Source: Schmidtea nova
Taxonomy: Eukaryota
Assembly (NCBI GenBank): GCA_044892505.1
Contig: CM097883.1
Span: forward strand, 439,890,001 to 439,954,000
DNA: 64,000 bases
Reading direction: 5' to 3'
Below are positions 38,661 to 51,752 of the stretch, piece by piece. Position numbers and translations under genes: made by a program. A model generated the notes under the pieces. That model had not been told where the DNA came from. It saw only the letters and a list, made by a program, of their open reading frames with translations, and ran no database searches. How positions within the stretch are numbered: position 1 is the stretch's first letter; each line of letters begins with the position of its first letter.

Positions 38661-41600
38661 CCTGTTCATGATGCGCCACTTCTTCCTTCCCAAAATATAA
38701 CTTATTATAATGAATACATTGGATAATTCACAGCCTGTTGAATTTATGCTCATCAATGGATATCAGCTTATTGCTATTCACAAGTTACAACTACTGTTTA
38801 CATGAATTGAATTAATTGCAACGAGACTCACAAAATGCGCTCTGTCACACATAATATTATCGAGATGTAGATAGAACATGTTTGTCGAAACTATGGCCCA
38901 GAAGACATTTTTTCTTGACCAAATAAGTCGTTATCTTTTCAATAAATTTAATTAAATTAATCAAAGTTGTTACAAATTTTAATTCAGTATTCTAACTGAA
39001 AACTTAAAATTAAGTAAAACATTTGTTTATTTTTCTCATTTAATTCCTTGGTTTTGTTTATACTCAAAAATGTAGCTACAAGGGATTTGGAGCCTGATTA
39101 AAAAAAAGTTTTTAGAAACTAACAGTTTCATTATTCTCATTAAATAAATTTTAATTTAATAATTTCATTTTTTTAATTGTTAAACTTTAATTATATATGA
39201 AATTTTAAAAATTAAAGCAATAATAGAGGATAATATATAAACCTGAAATTTTATTTAATATTTGATACTTAAACAATTTATTTCTATAATTAAAAATTGC
39301 AATAAATATTCAAAGGAAGCTGCAGTTTAAACCCTATATCATNNNNNNNNNNNNNNNNNNNNNNNNNNNNNNNNNNNNNNNNNNNNNNNNNNNNNNNNNN
39401 NNNNNNNNNNNNNNNNNNNNNNNNNNNNNNNNNNNNNNNNNNNNNNNNNNNNNNNNNNNNNNNNNNNNNNNNNNNNNNNNNNNNNNNNNNNNNNNNNNNN
39501 NNNNNNNNNNNNNNNNNNNNNNNNNNNNNNNNNNNNNNNNNNNNNNNNNNNNNNNNNNNNNNNNNNNNNNNNNNNNNNNNNNNNNNNNNNNNNNNNNNNN
39601 NNNNNNNNNNNNNNNNNNNNNNNNNNNNNNNNNNNNNNNNNNNNNNNNNNNNNNNNNNNNNNNNNNNNNNNNNNNNNNNNNNNNNNNNNNNNNNNNNNNN
39701 NNNNNNNNNNNNNNNNNNNNNNNNNNNNNNNNNNNNNNNNNNNNNNNNNNNNNNNNNNNNNNNNNNNNNNNNNNNNNNNNNNNNNNNNNNNNNNNNNNNN
39801 NNNNNNNNNNNNNNNNNNNNNNNNNNNNNNNNNNNNNNNNNNNNNNNNNNNNNNTGGGTTTTCCCGGGACGTTCTGCAATTAGTCAAATTATTAATGAAT
39901 TTATTGATGCCCCGGGTTCCCCACGTAGCTCGGGTCTCCCATTAGGTAATTAATGATTTTAATTAATTTGTATTTTCTTAATTCTTCTTTCTGGGGGTTC
40001 CATTTTTAATTTTATATACCCATATTTGAATTCGTCTCATCATTTGACATCCTCCCATACCAGTTTCCCCCTCTCAAACTTTATTTTGAATTTTTATAAA
40101 TTTTTAATTAGTGTTTGCACTTTTTTTGTTTTTAACTTTATATTTCAAGCCTGTTTAGGCAACCCCAACATATTTATTATTAAACGGATACTTATAATGA
40201 AAAAAACAAAGATTAATTATTTATTATTTTGGGTTATTAATGAATTATTTGGAGATAAAACTGATTCCACGTGAAAACTCATAAAGCACCATAAGCTTTA
40301 TTTTCAAATTATATACACAACTAGTCAATTCACACTTTAATTTATTGGATCTATACTCAACAATATAGGTAGGTATCCAAAAAAGTAATTTTCTATGCAA
40401 ATTGGGCAAAGTTAAACAAAAGAAAACACTTTCACTTTAACCTTTTTTTTAAATATCGTTAACGGTGTATTGGTCATTTGTTCTAGGGTATTGTGCTACG
40501 CGTTTACCTTACCTATACACACATTAATATTTAAAATCTCTCGCACGTGCACCCACAATCATTCTCAGACAATGTGTTGGAACTGTATACTGTGGCAGTG
40601 AGTACTAGTAGGCAGGTGACTCTTCACTTTCGATACGCTCTCATCAGTCTCTCCTTGTTAGCATTTTAATTCCTTTCTACACCTCTCAGCATATCCCATT
40701 TTACGATAAATTATCTCAACTTCCTACCACCAAAATGCTAATACGCCAAAAAATAGAAGACCGATAAGATATATACATTAATACATCTCACATTCAAACG
40801 TTACAATTTCGTCCAATAACTCAAATTCCTCTAAACCGTCCAAATAGTCTATCTGTTTCGTCAATTGTGTCTTAAAGTTCGCCATTTTTTGTCGTTTCAT
40901 TTTTTGCCACTGTTTGGTACTCAAGCGGTTCCTCTCAGACATTATGATCATACTCCTGGATGAGATGTTTTATTATATGGATAAATTGAGTCCACTGTTC
41001 GAAAACCATTTTCCTAGAGTTAGTGGTCGTACTCTCCGGACAAGTTCTTTCTCGATGATCGATCTAGTCATGAGTGCTATACAGTTCTTTGACTCCATGA
41101 GTAGTTTTTCCCCTCACAATGTCTGCTCTAATAATTCGTTGATGCAATCCTTTTTTTAAGACTGGATAGAAAATCTTCGAATTCCAGGATTCGTTTCTTT
41201 ATTTTCCCTTTGATCTGTTCATTACAGATCGTCTGCTTCCGTGAACACTTACACGCGGAAATCTTTTTTTCATTTTGTAGAGCCATATAAGAAAAAATCC
41301 TTAACGACGTCTTATAAGACTTTCTGTCTATCATATTCTCGACGACTGGACTACTCGTTTGCCCCCTTTATTCATTATACTTTCACACGCTAGACAGGTT
41401 CTTTGATACATTATATTTTTATAAAAACTTCCTTGTCTTACATTTCTCTACAACCTTTAACAATCTTTAACGACGAATATTTATTACATCCAAAACAACA
41501 GATAAATAATCATTATATCATCTGTCCTAACATTTTCAATATATTGGCTGACTTGTTTCGATTTTTCGATAGTTTGCGACTAGACGACACGAAAAAGCCT

Positions 41601-43475
41601 AATCTATTGAATTCTCTTTTTTTAAGAATCTCCCCTTCGTAGGTTACTTTTCGGTAACCTGGTATGATACTTGGAAGTATCCGGAAATGCGTTGGTAATT
41701 CGAAGGGTTCGTCACCTTCTCTCCTTGCAGAAATTCCTCTTCCCGTCGTAGGGATTTTTCGTTATTGTCCTTCAATATCCACCGAATCGATTTTTCCAAC
41801 TTCACCGCCAGGATCTGGGGACATTGATTATCGAATCCAGATAGTCTTCCACTTCCAGTACATTAGAGATTTCCTTGTTGTCCATCTATAGTAAAATAAT
41901 AATTTTAATTCATAAATTTTAATTGTCGTGGTTCACAAATTATAGGAATTTAACTTTATTTTATTCGCTATTAATTTCAAAATCTTCAAAATCTGTAGAA
42001 CTACTAGATAAACTAACATGGTCATTGACTTCCACCTCATCTTGAAACTTTTTGAACTTAATATTTAAAATTGTAAAACTTTTCAAACATTGATATCATT
42101 GTTGCTAAATGTCTTACAATCTAATTTTAGACCCATTTTTCTGCCAAATTGATCTTTGACATACTTTTGTAAGGATTTATCATTTTTCGTAGGTGAGCTT
42201 TTAACAATCTTCATGAATTTTTTATATAAATTGGAGGGATATAAGCATGACTAATATCGGAGTTTTATTTCGGAGCACCTAACAAATCATAATATATGAC
42301 AGTACCATTAACATCCTCTTCTTCATTTGCTCCATCATCTTCCATATTATGCGTTTTGACATTGGCATGTCTTATAAAGAGAATTTAGAGTACATTTTTA
42401 ACGTTTTAACAGGGATACGAGGGCCTGCCATTCTCCGAGCCTGTAACTAAATCCGCCACTTACTCCGGATTTATAACCTTATTAAGTCAAAATTTGGATA
42501 AATATTATATTTTTTTACAAAATAGTAAGAACCAACTTTTTATATTTTTACTGTTAAAAAAGTATCTGTTGAATACATTGTTATTTATTAATTCTTGCGT
42601 TCTTAATGACAATTTGTAGTGTGATAAAGAAATTTTTTATCTTTATTATTGACTGACTTTTTCAATTTGATTTTTACAATAGAATTTATTAATGACAACT
42701 AAAGAAACATTGTTATTAAATTAGTTTGACAGCTAACTAAATACTACACTATCAAGATTATTCATTCAAAAACCTCAGAAAAATAACAAAAACATTACAT
42801 TCTAAAAATTTCTCTAAAACTACATTTCTTATGTTTTGCCTTTTGTATATTCTTATTATTATCGACTTATTATAAAAATTAAATAATAAATATATTTTAA
42901 ATCAATTTTAATTACTAATTTACAGCGTTACAAACAGGCAGATAAACTTATTCTTTACTTATTATTTTTATGAACCTTTGAATAACTAATTAGTGTTTAC
43001 AAAGATTTGATGGGCTAGACAACTTTCAAAGAAGTAATTCTTTATTAAGATTATTACTGCTAATGATGATGGCGAATTACTTTTGGAAATTAGAAATGAC
43101 CAAGTTAAAGTACGTACACAATTTTCTGACCTTGGTCAACCTGTATGGAAAGTTTCTAAAATGCCTTGTCCTTCTCTTGGTACAATTGATTTTGTTTCCG
43201 ATACCACTTCTTGCAGAGGGAAATCTTCAACGACAGCCAATATTAAAAGCGCATCGGTAACTGTTGACATAAAGCGATTATTTCAAATTATAAATTCTAT
43301 AAAAGTTGTACCGCAAAAATTAGCTTGCAGTAAGTTTGGATTTTCAAACAGATTAAGTAAACCCTTTAAAAACCCAATGTTCATTTCAGATGTTGTTGAT
43401 CAACGATGTGTTCAAATATATGTTTTGCTGCATGATGTTGTGATCCATAGCATTATTCCTGGGATTATTGTTTGA
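33972..43475 (+). CDS. HUS1: Checkpoint clamp (9-1-1) subunit HUS1, 7 exons, ~303 aa
   Basis: Exons 33972-34023, 34073-34200, 34247-34429, 34482-34589, 37409-37483, 43050-43329, 43390-43475, all GT-AG and phase-consistent (912 nt). Motifs: MKFR, FWCQI, MEG..QENNEILLE, KIKL...PCLSIEI, HEVPV, VSIYLP.LK...DKMKN, ANDDGEL, VDIKRL. Confidence 0.92.
35100..35570 (-). mobile_element. Tc1/mariner-superfamily remnant (DUF4817-type HTH)
   Basis: IHFMYGKANNNSTAARRLYEEAFPNRR N-terminus, PFHIQRVQ.L...DY and PDLN motifs. Confidence 0.75.
35776..36730 (+). mobile_element. Probable solo/degenerate long LTR related to 48782-49680
   Basis: Colinear similarity to the reverse complement of 48782-49680 (e.g. aaaaaggaattcc.aaattg, gctatt.ctca.gaagtgtt.taataagctc, gataatc.ataaaggtttata). 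Confidence 0.6.
36760..37260 (+). mobile_element. Mariner transposase remnant
   Basis: HLRHCILYEF, F..GDFDLND..R.GRP, PHELSE and HP.CS.DLA motifs; internally deleted. Confidence 0.85.
37620..38480. repeat. AT-rich minisatellite array with an inverted copy around a short ORF
   Basis: Repeated tcatattaataattgtatga/aatcaata units at 37620-38030, reverse copy at about 38410-38470. Confidence 0.6.
39855..40170 (+). repeat. Interspersed repeat family Y (cgggtttccc subrepeats)
   Basis: Homologous to 53455-53790 (+) and about 15870-16220 (-). Confidence 0.75.
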
Positions 43476-44538
43476 AACATCAATAAAATTTGTCAGTCTT
43501 GTTAATTTTATGAAAATCACTTTATATGATAATAGATATTTTGTGACTAGTAAAATTTCCTCGAAAATGATAGGATCTTTTAATATATTTTTCTAGGAAG
43601 AAAATCATGTATTTAAGCCTGTGATAGTTATTATGGACTTATTTTATAGTAGAGTAGAAAAATAAATGAGTAAATACAAACCAATGAACAATACTGAAAT
43701 AGTGCGAATCCACAACTCAGCGAGTATCAGAAGTTGAAACAGTTTGCATGTTTCTGTAAGCGATCTCGCTCAAAAAAATAAAAGAACATTCATAGATTTG
43801 GATAATTTTCGAGTGCCTTATTCTAATTTTTTCCTATTTAACCTTTTGGGCTGATAGCAGCAACGGATAGAAAAAACAGAATAATTAATAAAAGCACAAA
43901 AGAGGGAAAAATTATATTGAAGGTACAACTGTAAATAGGAAAATAAATCTAGAAATAAGTAAAGAATAACAATAAAATAATGGAGCAATCAAACCATTAA
44001 ACAGGTTCAGATGAAACCCCGGTCAGGAATAGCCAGGGACGTCTATATGAGAGACGAAGGAGTACACATACCAGAAAAATCTCTGACATCGAAGAGATTA
44101 AAGCAGATAATAGGAATATTAAAGCCGGAATGGCAGATCAATCGAATTAAAGGAATAAAAGATAAAGTGACACAGTCAATCCCGAAGACAATGAGGAGAA
44201 TACTAAAGGGGGTACCTCAAAACGAGATACAGAGTATGATAGAGACACTCATACAAGATGGGTTATCCAAAGGAAAAATAGTGACAGCATTGTCTATGCT
44301 GATTCAAGATGCTTTAGCCCGCTCAGGCAATTAAAAGAAACTTATTAATCGAGAAATAGACAAGATCACGGAGATAATGGAACATTATCTTGGAACGTGG
44401 ATGAGAGAAAATAACTTTTGGGAAGAGGACAAACATAAACCACGATATGAATTTGTAGAAGAGGCTATGAATAACAACCACCTCGGAAACGGGGGAATGG
44501 AGCAATCAAACCATTAACAATCAAAACCATTGACAAAT

Positions 44539-45200
44539 ATGATATTAATGTTTTTAGTAATGATGGGGATGATGAAACAGACAAATACAATGTCAGCGTT
44601 TGATTGCAGTTATTCAAAATTAGCTCGGATATATTCGCTCGTAGATGCAATTGAGTGCAAAGAGGCATATCCAGAAAAGTCGAATACTATCTCTACCAAG
44701 AAAGTGAATTCTTCAGAACTAAGATAAGAGAATGTAGAGTTCAAAGAGCGACGTTTGAATATTATTGTGGTTCACACAGCTTTTCTATCAGCCACTATGA
44801 TACCTAGATCAGTCAACATACTGCCGGAAGATTGTCTAGACGCTTTTCGAAAAGGTTCATTAAAAATCGATTGCCGCGGAAGTAGGAAAGACATTGGGAG
44901 TAACCATTACACGAGGAGGATCAATCGGATCAGATGGGACATGTACGGGAAGAAAGAAAACTCGCGGATCGAATCAAGTAAGTTATGTTGTAGATATCGA
45001 GGACTGTTCAATCGAATTAAGAGAATATGAAGGGACTTTCTATGTATTATCAGGAAGATTAATGGAAAATCCTCAGTGCCTTGCAAAATTTGGAAGCTGT
45101 AGAACATGGGTCATTACATCATTGTACGATCAAATAAGAGATCATTGCAAATTGTCATTACTAAAAAAATTAAATTCCATTATTTTTCAGAGTCAATAAA
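44539..45200 (+). pseudogene. Chuvirus-like glycoprotein / retroelement env, N-terminal part, frameshifted
   Basis: Signal peptide, then SAFDCS...YSLVDAIEC, IRECRVQRATFEYYCGSHS, EDCLDAFRKGSLKI, GSIGSDGTCTG, QC....GSC: the cysteine pattern of chuvirus-type G proteins as recalled. Confidence 0.78.
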
Positions 45201-45347
45201 TTTGTTCTGTTTTGGATTTATATATTTGATTTATAAAGAAAAAACAAGAGGAGTCAGAAATTAATCGATTTTTATAATAATAACCCAACAATATCCATCT
45301 TTGTTAAATTAAAAAAACTTTAGTAAAACATACAAGTAAACGTAAAA

Positions 45348-45433
<86 letters not shown>

Positions 45434-46129
45434 ATTTGAAGCAGTATCTCACAGATTTGCTGACATCTGTTAGATACAGGAACATAGTAGAAACATTTGA
45501 GTCTGGTAAAGATTATATCATAGGGATAGAGACTAAGCCTACACATTGAGCCAACCCCAAACAAGTTATAAAATACGATTATTCCTTGCCGATGACAAAG
45601 ATAAAAGGAAACTAGGAGTCAAAGTTTGAACCGATCAAAAATTTTAAGAAAATAACCCAACAATGATGTGTTAAACCAAGCCGAACATTAACAAAGGCGT
45701 TGTTCCGACAAACACTGAAAAAAATTCATAATACATCTCCTTCCTCCTTGAACACAATTAAACAATCCCACCTCTCCTTTCACTTTATGCTGAGACAATC
45801 TTTATGAAACTTATTTTTTCACCGGTAATGGCAATTTAAATTTACCTCCCTCATATCGCGCAACTCAGCATTAATCAACACCATAAACTTATGCTCAAAA
45901 TTTTATCCTCTAAACCAGTTGTAAATAAAAGATAAAGAAACTACGGCCCGCTAAGACCAAGTTAGATTTCTTTTAAAAAATAAAGTTTCAACAGAGTTTC
46001 TTTATTTTTCAAGCAAGTATATTTAATGTACCTTTCAACCTTAAAATAATAAATGGGTGAACATTGTTTTTTCTTCAAAGACCTTCTATTTTATAGCTAT
46101 TATCAATATTAATCATTTCACTTTTATAC

Positions 46130-46200
46130 TATGCGGCCCTTCAAAATTTTGAAACTATGTATGCGGCCTTGTACTAAAAAGTTTGCCCACTCCTGCTCTA
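46130..46200 (-). mobile_element. hAT-type terminal fragment
   Basis: Minus strand reads CAGGAGTGGGCAAAC...GGCCGCAT, typical of Charlie-like ends. Confidence 0.5.
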
Positions 46201-46717
46201 AACAAACAAAATAAATTTTAACTATTTTGCTTTGACTTAACTGGCATTTATCATGCCTGTCTAGCTCGGGATTTAGTTTTCCCATTGAAATGATTAGTAT
46301 CGAAGACAAAATTCGAATTGATTCATATTATTGTAATAACATGATAAGCAGTTTTAAATTTATCATATTCAACATTCCTTTACACGAGAAATATTTATTT
46401 CTCACATTTTTAATTACTTTATAACTCAAACCTTTACATCACAATTTATGTACTCATTTACTTTTTCTTTTTAATCGGAGTTATTCCTATTCCAATTAGT
46501 AAATTAAACTGTTTCTAAAACATCAACATTCCATGAGACCCCAAATGAAATTGATATATACTAACTAATCCGCCATCATAGATATAAATTCATAATAAGG
46601 TGACCATCAGAAATAATCAACATTCAGTTAAAGTTACATAACCGCTCAATAATGCAAATTCGACAGAAATCAAAAATCACAGTTTTTACACAACATAAAA
46701 CACAAGCTTATACAAAT

Positions 46718-47320
46718 TTATTCAATATCTATAACACCGCCAACACTTTCACACGCTGCTTTAATTTTATCTGCATCCTCTTGTGATATTTCTTTTTTCA
46801 ACACAACAGGAGCACTCTAAAATCCAATGCGTATTTATATTCACCAATAATTATCCAATTTTACTTCAACACATTTTTTCGCTTGAACTAAATTCATTTC
46901 GGGGAAAAAATTTTTAATTTCCTTGATTAATGCTACTTTTTTCGTTGCATCAAACTTGATTAATCTCACATCGAACCAAGTTTTCTTCACTACCTCTGGT
47001 TCTTCTTCTTTGGTCTGTTCCACAACCGGCCCTGCCATCATCATTTGAGTACCCTAATTGAAGATATTGTTATTTTCATATTGTTATTACTTTCACTGAA
47101 TGACTACTTGTATATTTAATTTAGACTTTAACAAAGAATTCAAATCTCCCACTTCCAATAAAGTTAAGCTAGATATTTTATCAACTATATCTACAATATG
47201 AGGTGGATATACTTTAAGACTATCATCTGTGGTCGTTGGAGGCAACAAAGAACTGCAAAATCTTTTTAACAAATTTGCTTTACATAATTGTTGACTCTTA
47301 GTAAGTAATGACCTGATCAT
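46718..47320 (-). CDS. MRPL12: Mitochondrial ribosomal protein L12 (L7/L12 family), 3 exons, 166 aa
   Basis: Exons 47108-47320, 46865-47053, 46718-46816 (all phase 0). Presequence-like N-terminus; IVDKISSLTLLEV.DL, KVALIKEIK, MNLVQAKK.VESAP, A.KIK...ESVGG motifs. Confidence 0.93.
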
Positions 47321-47759
47321 CTAAAATTAATAATAATAATTAATTATATAAAATATGGCGTAATTTATATAATATTATAAAATCGTTATAAATCAATTTA
47401 AGATATTGAATTTTTAAATTAAAACGAACGTACAATTGGTAAAACAATTGTTAAATTAATTATCTTTACAGTTTATTCCATACAAATAGCGCTGTGTATC
47501 ATAAAGAAACAGTCGATTATACAACGTGATTAAAAAATCATTTACAAATTTAAAAACAAAATTCGATATTTTCAAAATAAATTTATTTTTCAATGTTGTG
47601 TAATGTCTAAAAATTTTATCAATTTAATAAATTACGATTTTTTGAAAAAGCTTTTTGGAAACTGTTCAGTTAATTTAGAAAAATTTTTAGCCTGTTATGT
47701 GAATTTATCATTGATTTACACTCCATCACATTAAATTCATTGAAACCTACCCCAACTAG

Positions 47760-49680
47760 CAGACTAAACCCATATGTTGATAGTGATTTTTGCATTGAAA
47801 ATGAACTCGATCGCATATTAACTACACATCAGTGACTACCTTCGTTTCAATGCCACCGATAGAAGGCATGTGATTTGTATTCTTTACTGAGGATTTGAAT
47901 TGCAGTCGTTATGTTGGGTGTCAGGGGTTTTGTCATAAAGTTGTTGTCACCTTTAGGGAATGAACCACCCACGACCCAGCATAAATAACAAATCTACCAC
48001 ACTCGGGTACCCATAGCTATTCCCTATTTAGCTATGCTGGTGCTGCACACGTTGGTGAGAATCCAGTGAACTATAGAACTACTCCTCACTACATTCCCTC
48101 TTTCGGGTTCAGGCTGCCGATAGGAGTATAAATCCCAGTTCTCTAAACACTGTTGCCGGAATGTATCCCCAGTAGATGAGGGTTTGGGACAACCGGTCTC
48201 GCCCCGAAGCATCGCGAACAAACCCGCGTATATTTTTTGGTAGTCCTCTCCAATTTTAACCAATGGGGACCTCCTCGGAACCAAATATGGTGCTGCGCAT
48301 GATTTCAGATAGTGAAGGGGCTAGCCGATCGTAGTTCCCCACGTCACTGCCACATTCGTCGATTTACCTGCCGTGATATTTCGGACAGCAAACTTTTCAG
48401 AAGGCTCATAATTCTCCTTTTCTGCGCTTTGAATCGTTGTTGCCGCTTTACTAGCTTTTGATTTTGCATTTGGTACTCCTCATTATCGAATGGGTCTTCA
48501 CAGTCCCACATGATTGTCTAGAAATTCAATCTAACTAAAATATTATTTACAAATTTTTACCATGACCCCCTGGTAAACTACGACGGTTCTTTTGGTAATA
48601 AAAATTCGAGAATCTGACCTTTATCCTTTGATTAATAACTAAAAAAATAAAACCAAATATGTACGTTCCTTTACGTGAGGGTGAATGTATTTTCCTTCCT
48701 TCGCTCCTAAAACCATACATATGCCTTATCGTTTGGATCATTCTCTAATCCCCTTATTACCCCAGTGCAGTCCCTCAAAAATGTAGACATAAATTTAGAA
48801 AATCTTTGATCCACAAAATAACAATTCTCTAACAGTATAAACCTTTATTGATTATCACAATTGATTACACGAATTATAACAATACGATCGATTGAACACT
48901 CAAGTAGGCAATTATACGGAGCTTATTACAACACTTCGTGAGAAATAGCTCCAAGTGCATAATTCCCCAATACTCTAATAATTACTAACCGTCGATTTGA
49001 CTCAACAACTGATTGTACATGTGCCTTGACTTGACTTTATTAAATATACTCCGATTCTTTTATTCAATCCTAACTTCGTCACTTCGTTCAAATAAATTAT
49101 CTCGATATTGGTTCTCCACAATATCACTTAGCTTATTCAATTTAAATCTTCTACTGCTTTTCAAAAATCACGCAACTTTCCTAACATGATTGTTAACACC
49201 CCTTCACTTCTGATTCAATTAAAATGACTTTCGCTTTTATAGTTTGCCATCGTCCGGCACTCATGATACTTTGATTTTCCCATTCCAGTCTCTGACATTT
49301 TCCATTTTCTTTTTTCAACTTCCGTATTACCCATGACAGTTCGCCACTGGGGATAATTTTTTTTTCATTACTGCTTCTGGCATTTCCATACTTTTTTCCT
49401 AGCTCCCACGTTACCTCTGACAGCTGTGGAGATGCAGATTTTCTTTTTGTTCTTCAATTTTGGAATTCCTTTTTGTTTTCTTGCACTTATTATTTATAAG
49501 TGATCTTTCTCCGCTTTATTGTTGAATTTCTTTTGTTTTGTTATTCCTTCCACATTTCTCAATTTTTTCTTTTCTGTTTTTTCTCCAAATTCTAGAATGC
49601 TATCTCAATCACCCTACCGGTTTACCTCCAAGTTATTCTAATTATTTATAATATTATTTACTATTTAGGTATCTTCAACA
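47760..49680 (-). mobile_element. Decayed LTR retrotransposon 5' portion: ~900-bp LTR (48782-49680) plus leader/gag-like sequence
   Basis: TG...CA bounded segment homologous to 35776-36730, followed by a GC-richer, coding-like but stop-riddled region; PBS not convincing. Confidence 0.5.
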
Positions 49681-50261
49681 CAATATATAAGTTATTTATG
49701 CAATACTACTGCATTGTTTAATTTTTGTAAAACCCTTATCTTCAGAAAAAATTCTTTAGGTTGTGGAGGAGTTTACTGTATAATTATTATTTTATTTATA
49801 CAGTATTAGCCACAGCGCTACGGGTATTAATTGAATCCATAAGACAAATTATAATAACACGTTTTATTCATTAAAAATCCAAACCTTATTAAAACAAATT
49901 ATAATGTTAATTTGTTTGAGGAGTTTCTAAAAATAATAATTAATGTATAAGTAAGGATTTCAACATACAATCAAACATGCACAGCATCATATCTTTATAT
50001 TTTAATACAAATTACAAAAACGCCTCACATCCCCCCTTTTTTAAAAATCTTTAACCACTCAATATTTCTCGTGACGGCACTTCCATTTTCCAATTTTATT
50101 TCATAACTTCGATCATGAATCTTTTTAGTAATTACACCTGGACCCATGTATCTATTATCACCTTTATTTCGAACATTTACTTTGATCAACACGCAATCTT
50201 CAATTTGAAATTCGCGATTTGTCGTCTGATTGATTTTTCCTTCTTCCGAAATTTCTGAGAA

Positions 50262-51752
50262 CTATTCACTATAAATATTTTTCCCAAACACCATTTCAGT
50301 TGGAGTCTTTCTAATAGTTTTTTGAAAAGTTGAATTCTTCATAAACTGTACTTCGGGAAGAATATCTACCCATGATTTATGTCTTTTATCTTTGAGTGTT
50401 AACTGTACTGCGTCTCTAATTGTACGGAATTGTCTCTCAATCTGTCCATTTGCTGAATGATGATATGGACTTGAATAATTAATTTCAATATTGTGGAATT
50501 CTGCAAAATCTTTCATTAGCTTTGATTCAAAAGATTTACCTTTGTCATAGTTTATTATCCTTGGTGCACCAAACTTCATTATCCCCTCTTCTTTCAGTAA
50601 TCTTACCACTATTTTTTCATCTTGCGATTTTACTGCATGTAAAGAAATAAACTTACTATGATGATCTATAATCCCAAGAATATATATTTTTCCTCTCATT
50701 GCAAGTTGTAATGGACCACAAAAATCTACATAGATTGTTTCAAATAATTTCGAATCACTTTTGCAAATTATTTCTTCTTTTGTTTTAGTTGTATCAACCT
50801 TTCTTTTCTGACAGTTTTCACAGGCTTGTACAACATTACGAATAGATTGCTCCAAATCTTTCATATAAAAATTGTTTGATACATACATTTTTACTTTTTT
50901 AGCACCCGCGTGACAGAGCTTTTTATGATATTCTATGATGAATTTGGACTTGTTTTCTTCTGGAATCCAAATTTTATTATTATTGGTCATAATCACTCCG
51001 TTGACATATTTAAAAAATGTTTTATCTGGCATCATACTAATATTTTCTTTTATATTTTCAATTTCTTTTGAGTTCTTTTGCCATTTATTTTCAATATTTT
51101 CAGTCATCAGTGTCAACAATCTTGTTTTTAATTTACCCATTTTAGGATTTTCATGAATCATTTGACATTGAATACTTGTTTCACATTCTTTTCTAGATAG
51201 AGCGTCGGCATTATTGTGGTTATCACCTTTTCTGCATTGAATCTCCATGTCCAGACCACTGAGATGGTTAATCCAAGTTTGATATTGTGGAGTAATAGCT
51301 TTCTTTGTCTTCAGCATAAATGTAATGGCTTTGTGATCTGTTCTCAAAATAAACTTTTTACCATATAAATAATGCTTAAAATGACCAGTAAAATAAAATA
51401 TAGAAAGTAATTCTTTTCTTGTTATACAATAGACTAATTCGTGTTTATTCATAGCTCGGGATCCATATGCGATTACTCTTTTTTTATTTCCATCTTTTTG
51501 AGACAAAACTGCACCGATGCGGTCAAAACTCGCACCTGTATCCAAAATGAATGGTTTAGAAAAATCTGGAAACTTCAATACAGGTGTAAACGTTAATTTC
51601 AGTTTTAAATTTTGAAATGAAATTTCACACTCATCAGTCCACATAAGCTTCTTTTGTTTACTTCCACATAACGCTTCTAATACTTTGGAATCTTTGGTAT
51701 AATTTTCTATAAATCTGCGATAGTAATTTGCCAGGCCTAAAAACCCTCTCAA
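50262..51752 (-). CDS. pol: RNase H-integrase remnant of gypsy element 2
   Basis: GFLGLANYYRRFI, KELLSI, TDHKA, H...CH.G...C..CQ, YVDF.GP, IDHHSK, SPYH..ANGQIER. Confidence 0.85.
   Translation of the reverse strand: MRGFLGLANYYRRFIENYTKDSKVLEALCGSKQKKLMWTDECEISFQNLKLKLTFTPVLKFPDFSKPFILDTGASFDRIGAVLSQKDGNKKRVIAYGSRAMNKHELVYCITRKELLSIFYFTGHFKHYLYGKKFILRTDHKAITFMLKTKKAITPQYQTWINHLSGLDMEIQCRKGDNHNNADALSRKECETSIQCQMIHENPKMGKLKTRLLTLMTENIENKWQKNSKEIENIKENISMMPDKTFFKYVNGVIMTNNNKIWIPEENKSKFIIEYHKKLCHAGAKKVKMYVSNNFYMKDLEQSIRNVVQACENCQKRKVDTTKTKEEIICKSDSKLFETIYVDFCGPLQLAMRGKIYILGIIDHHSKFISLHAVKSQDEKIVVRLLKEEGIMKFGAPRIINYDKGKSFESKLMKDFAEFHNIEINYSSPYHHSANGQIERQFRTIRDAVQLTLKDKRHKSWVDILPEVQFMKNSTFQKTIRKTPTEMVFGKNIYSE

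Noticed and set aside
40600-40660. CTGATGA-GA..TC-GAAA on the minus strand (hammerhead-like)
   Set aside because: No stem III or stem I pairing around a valid NUH site.
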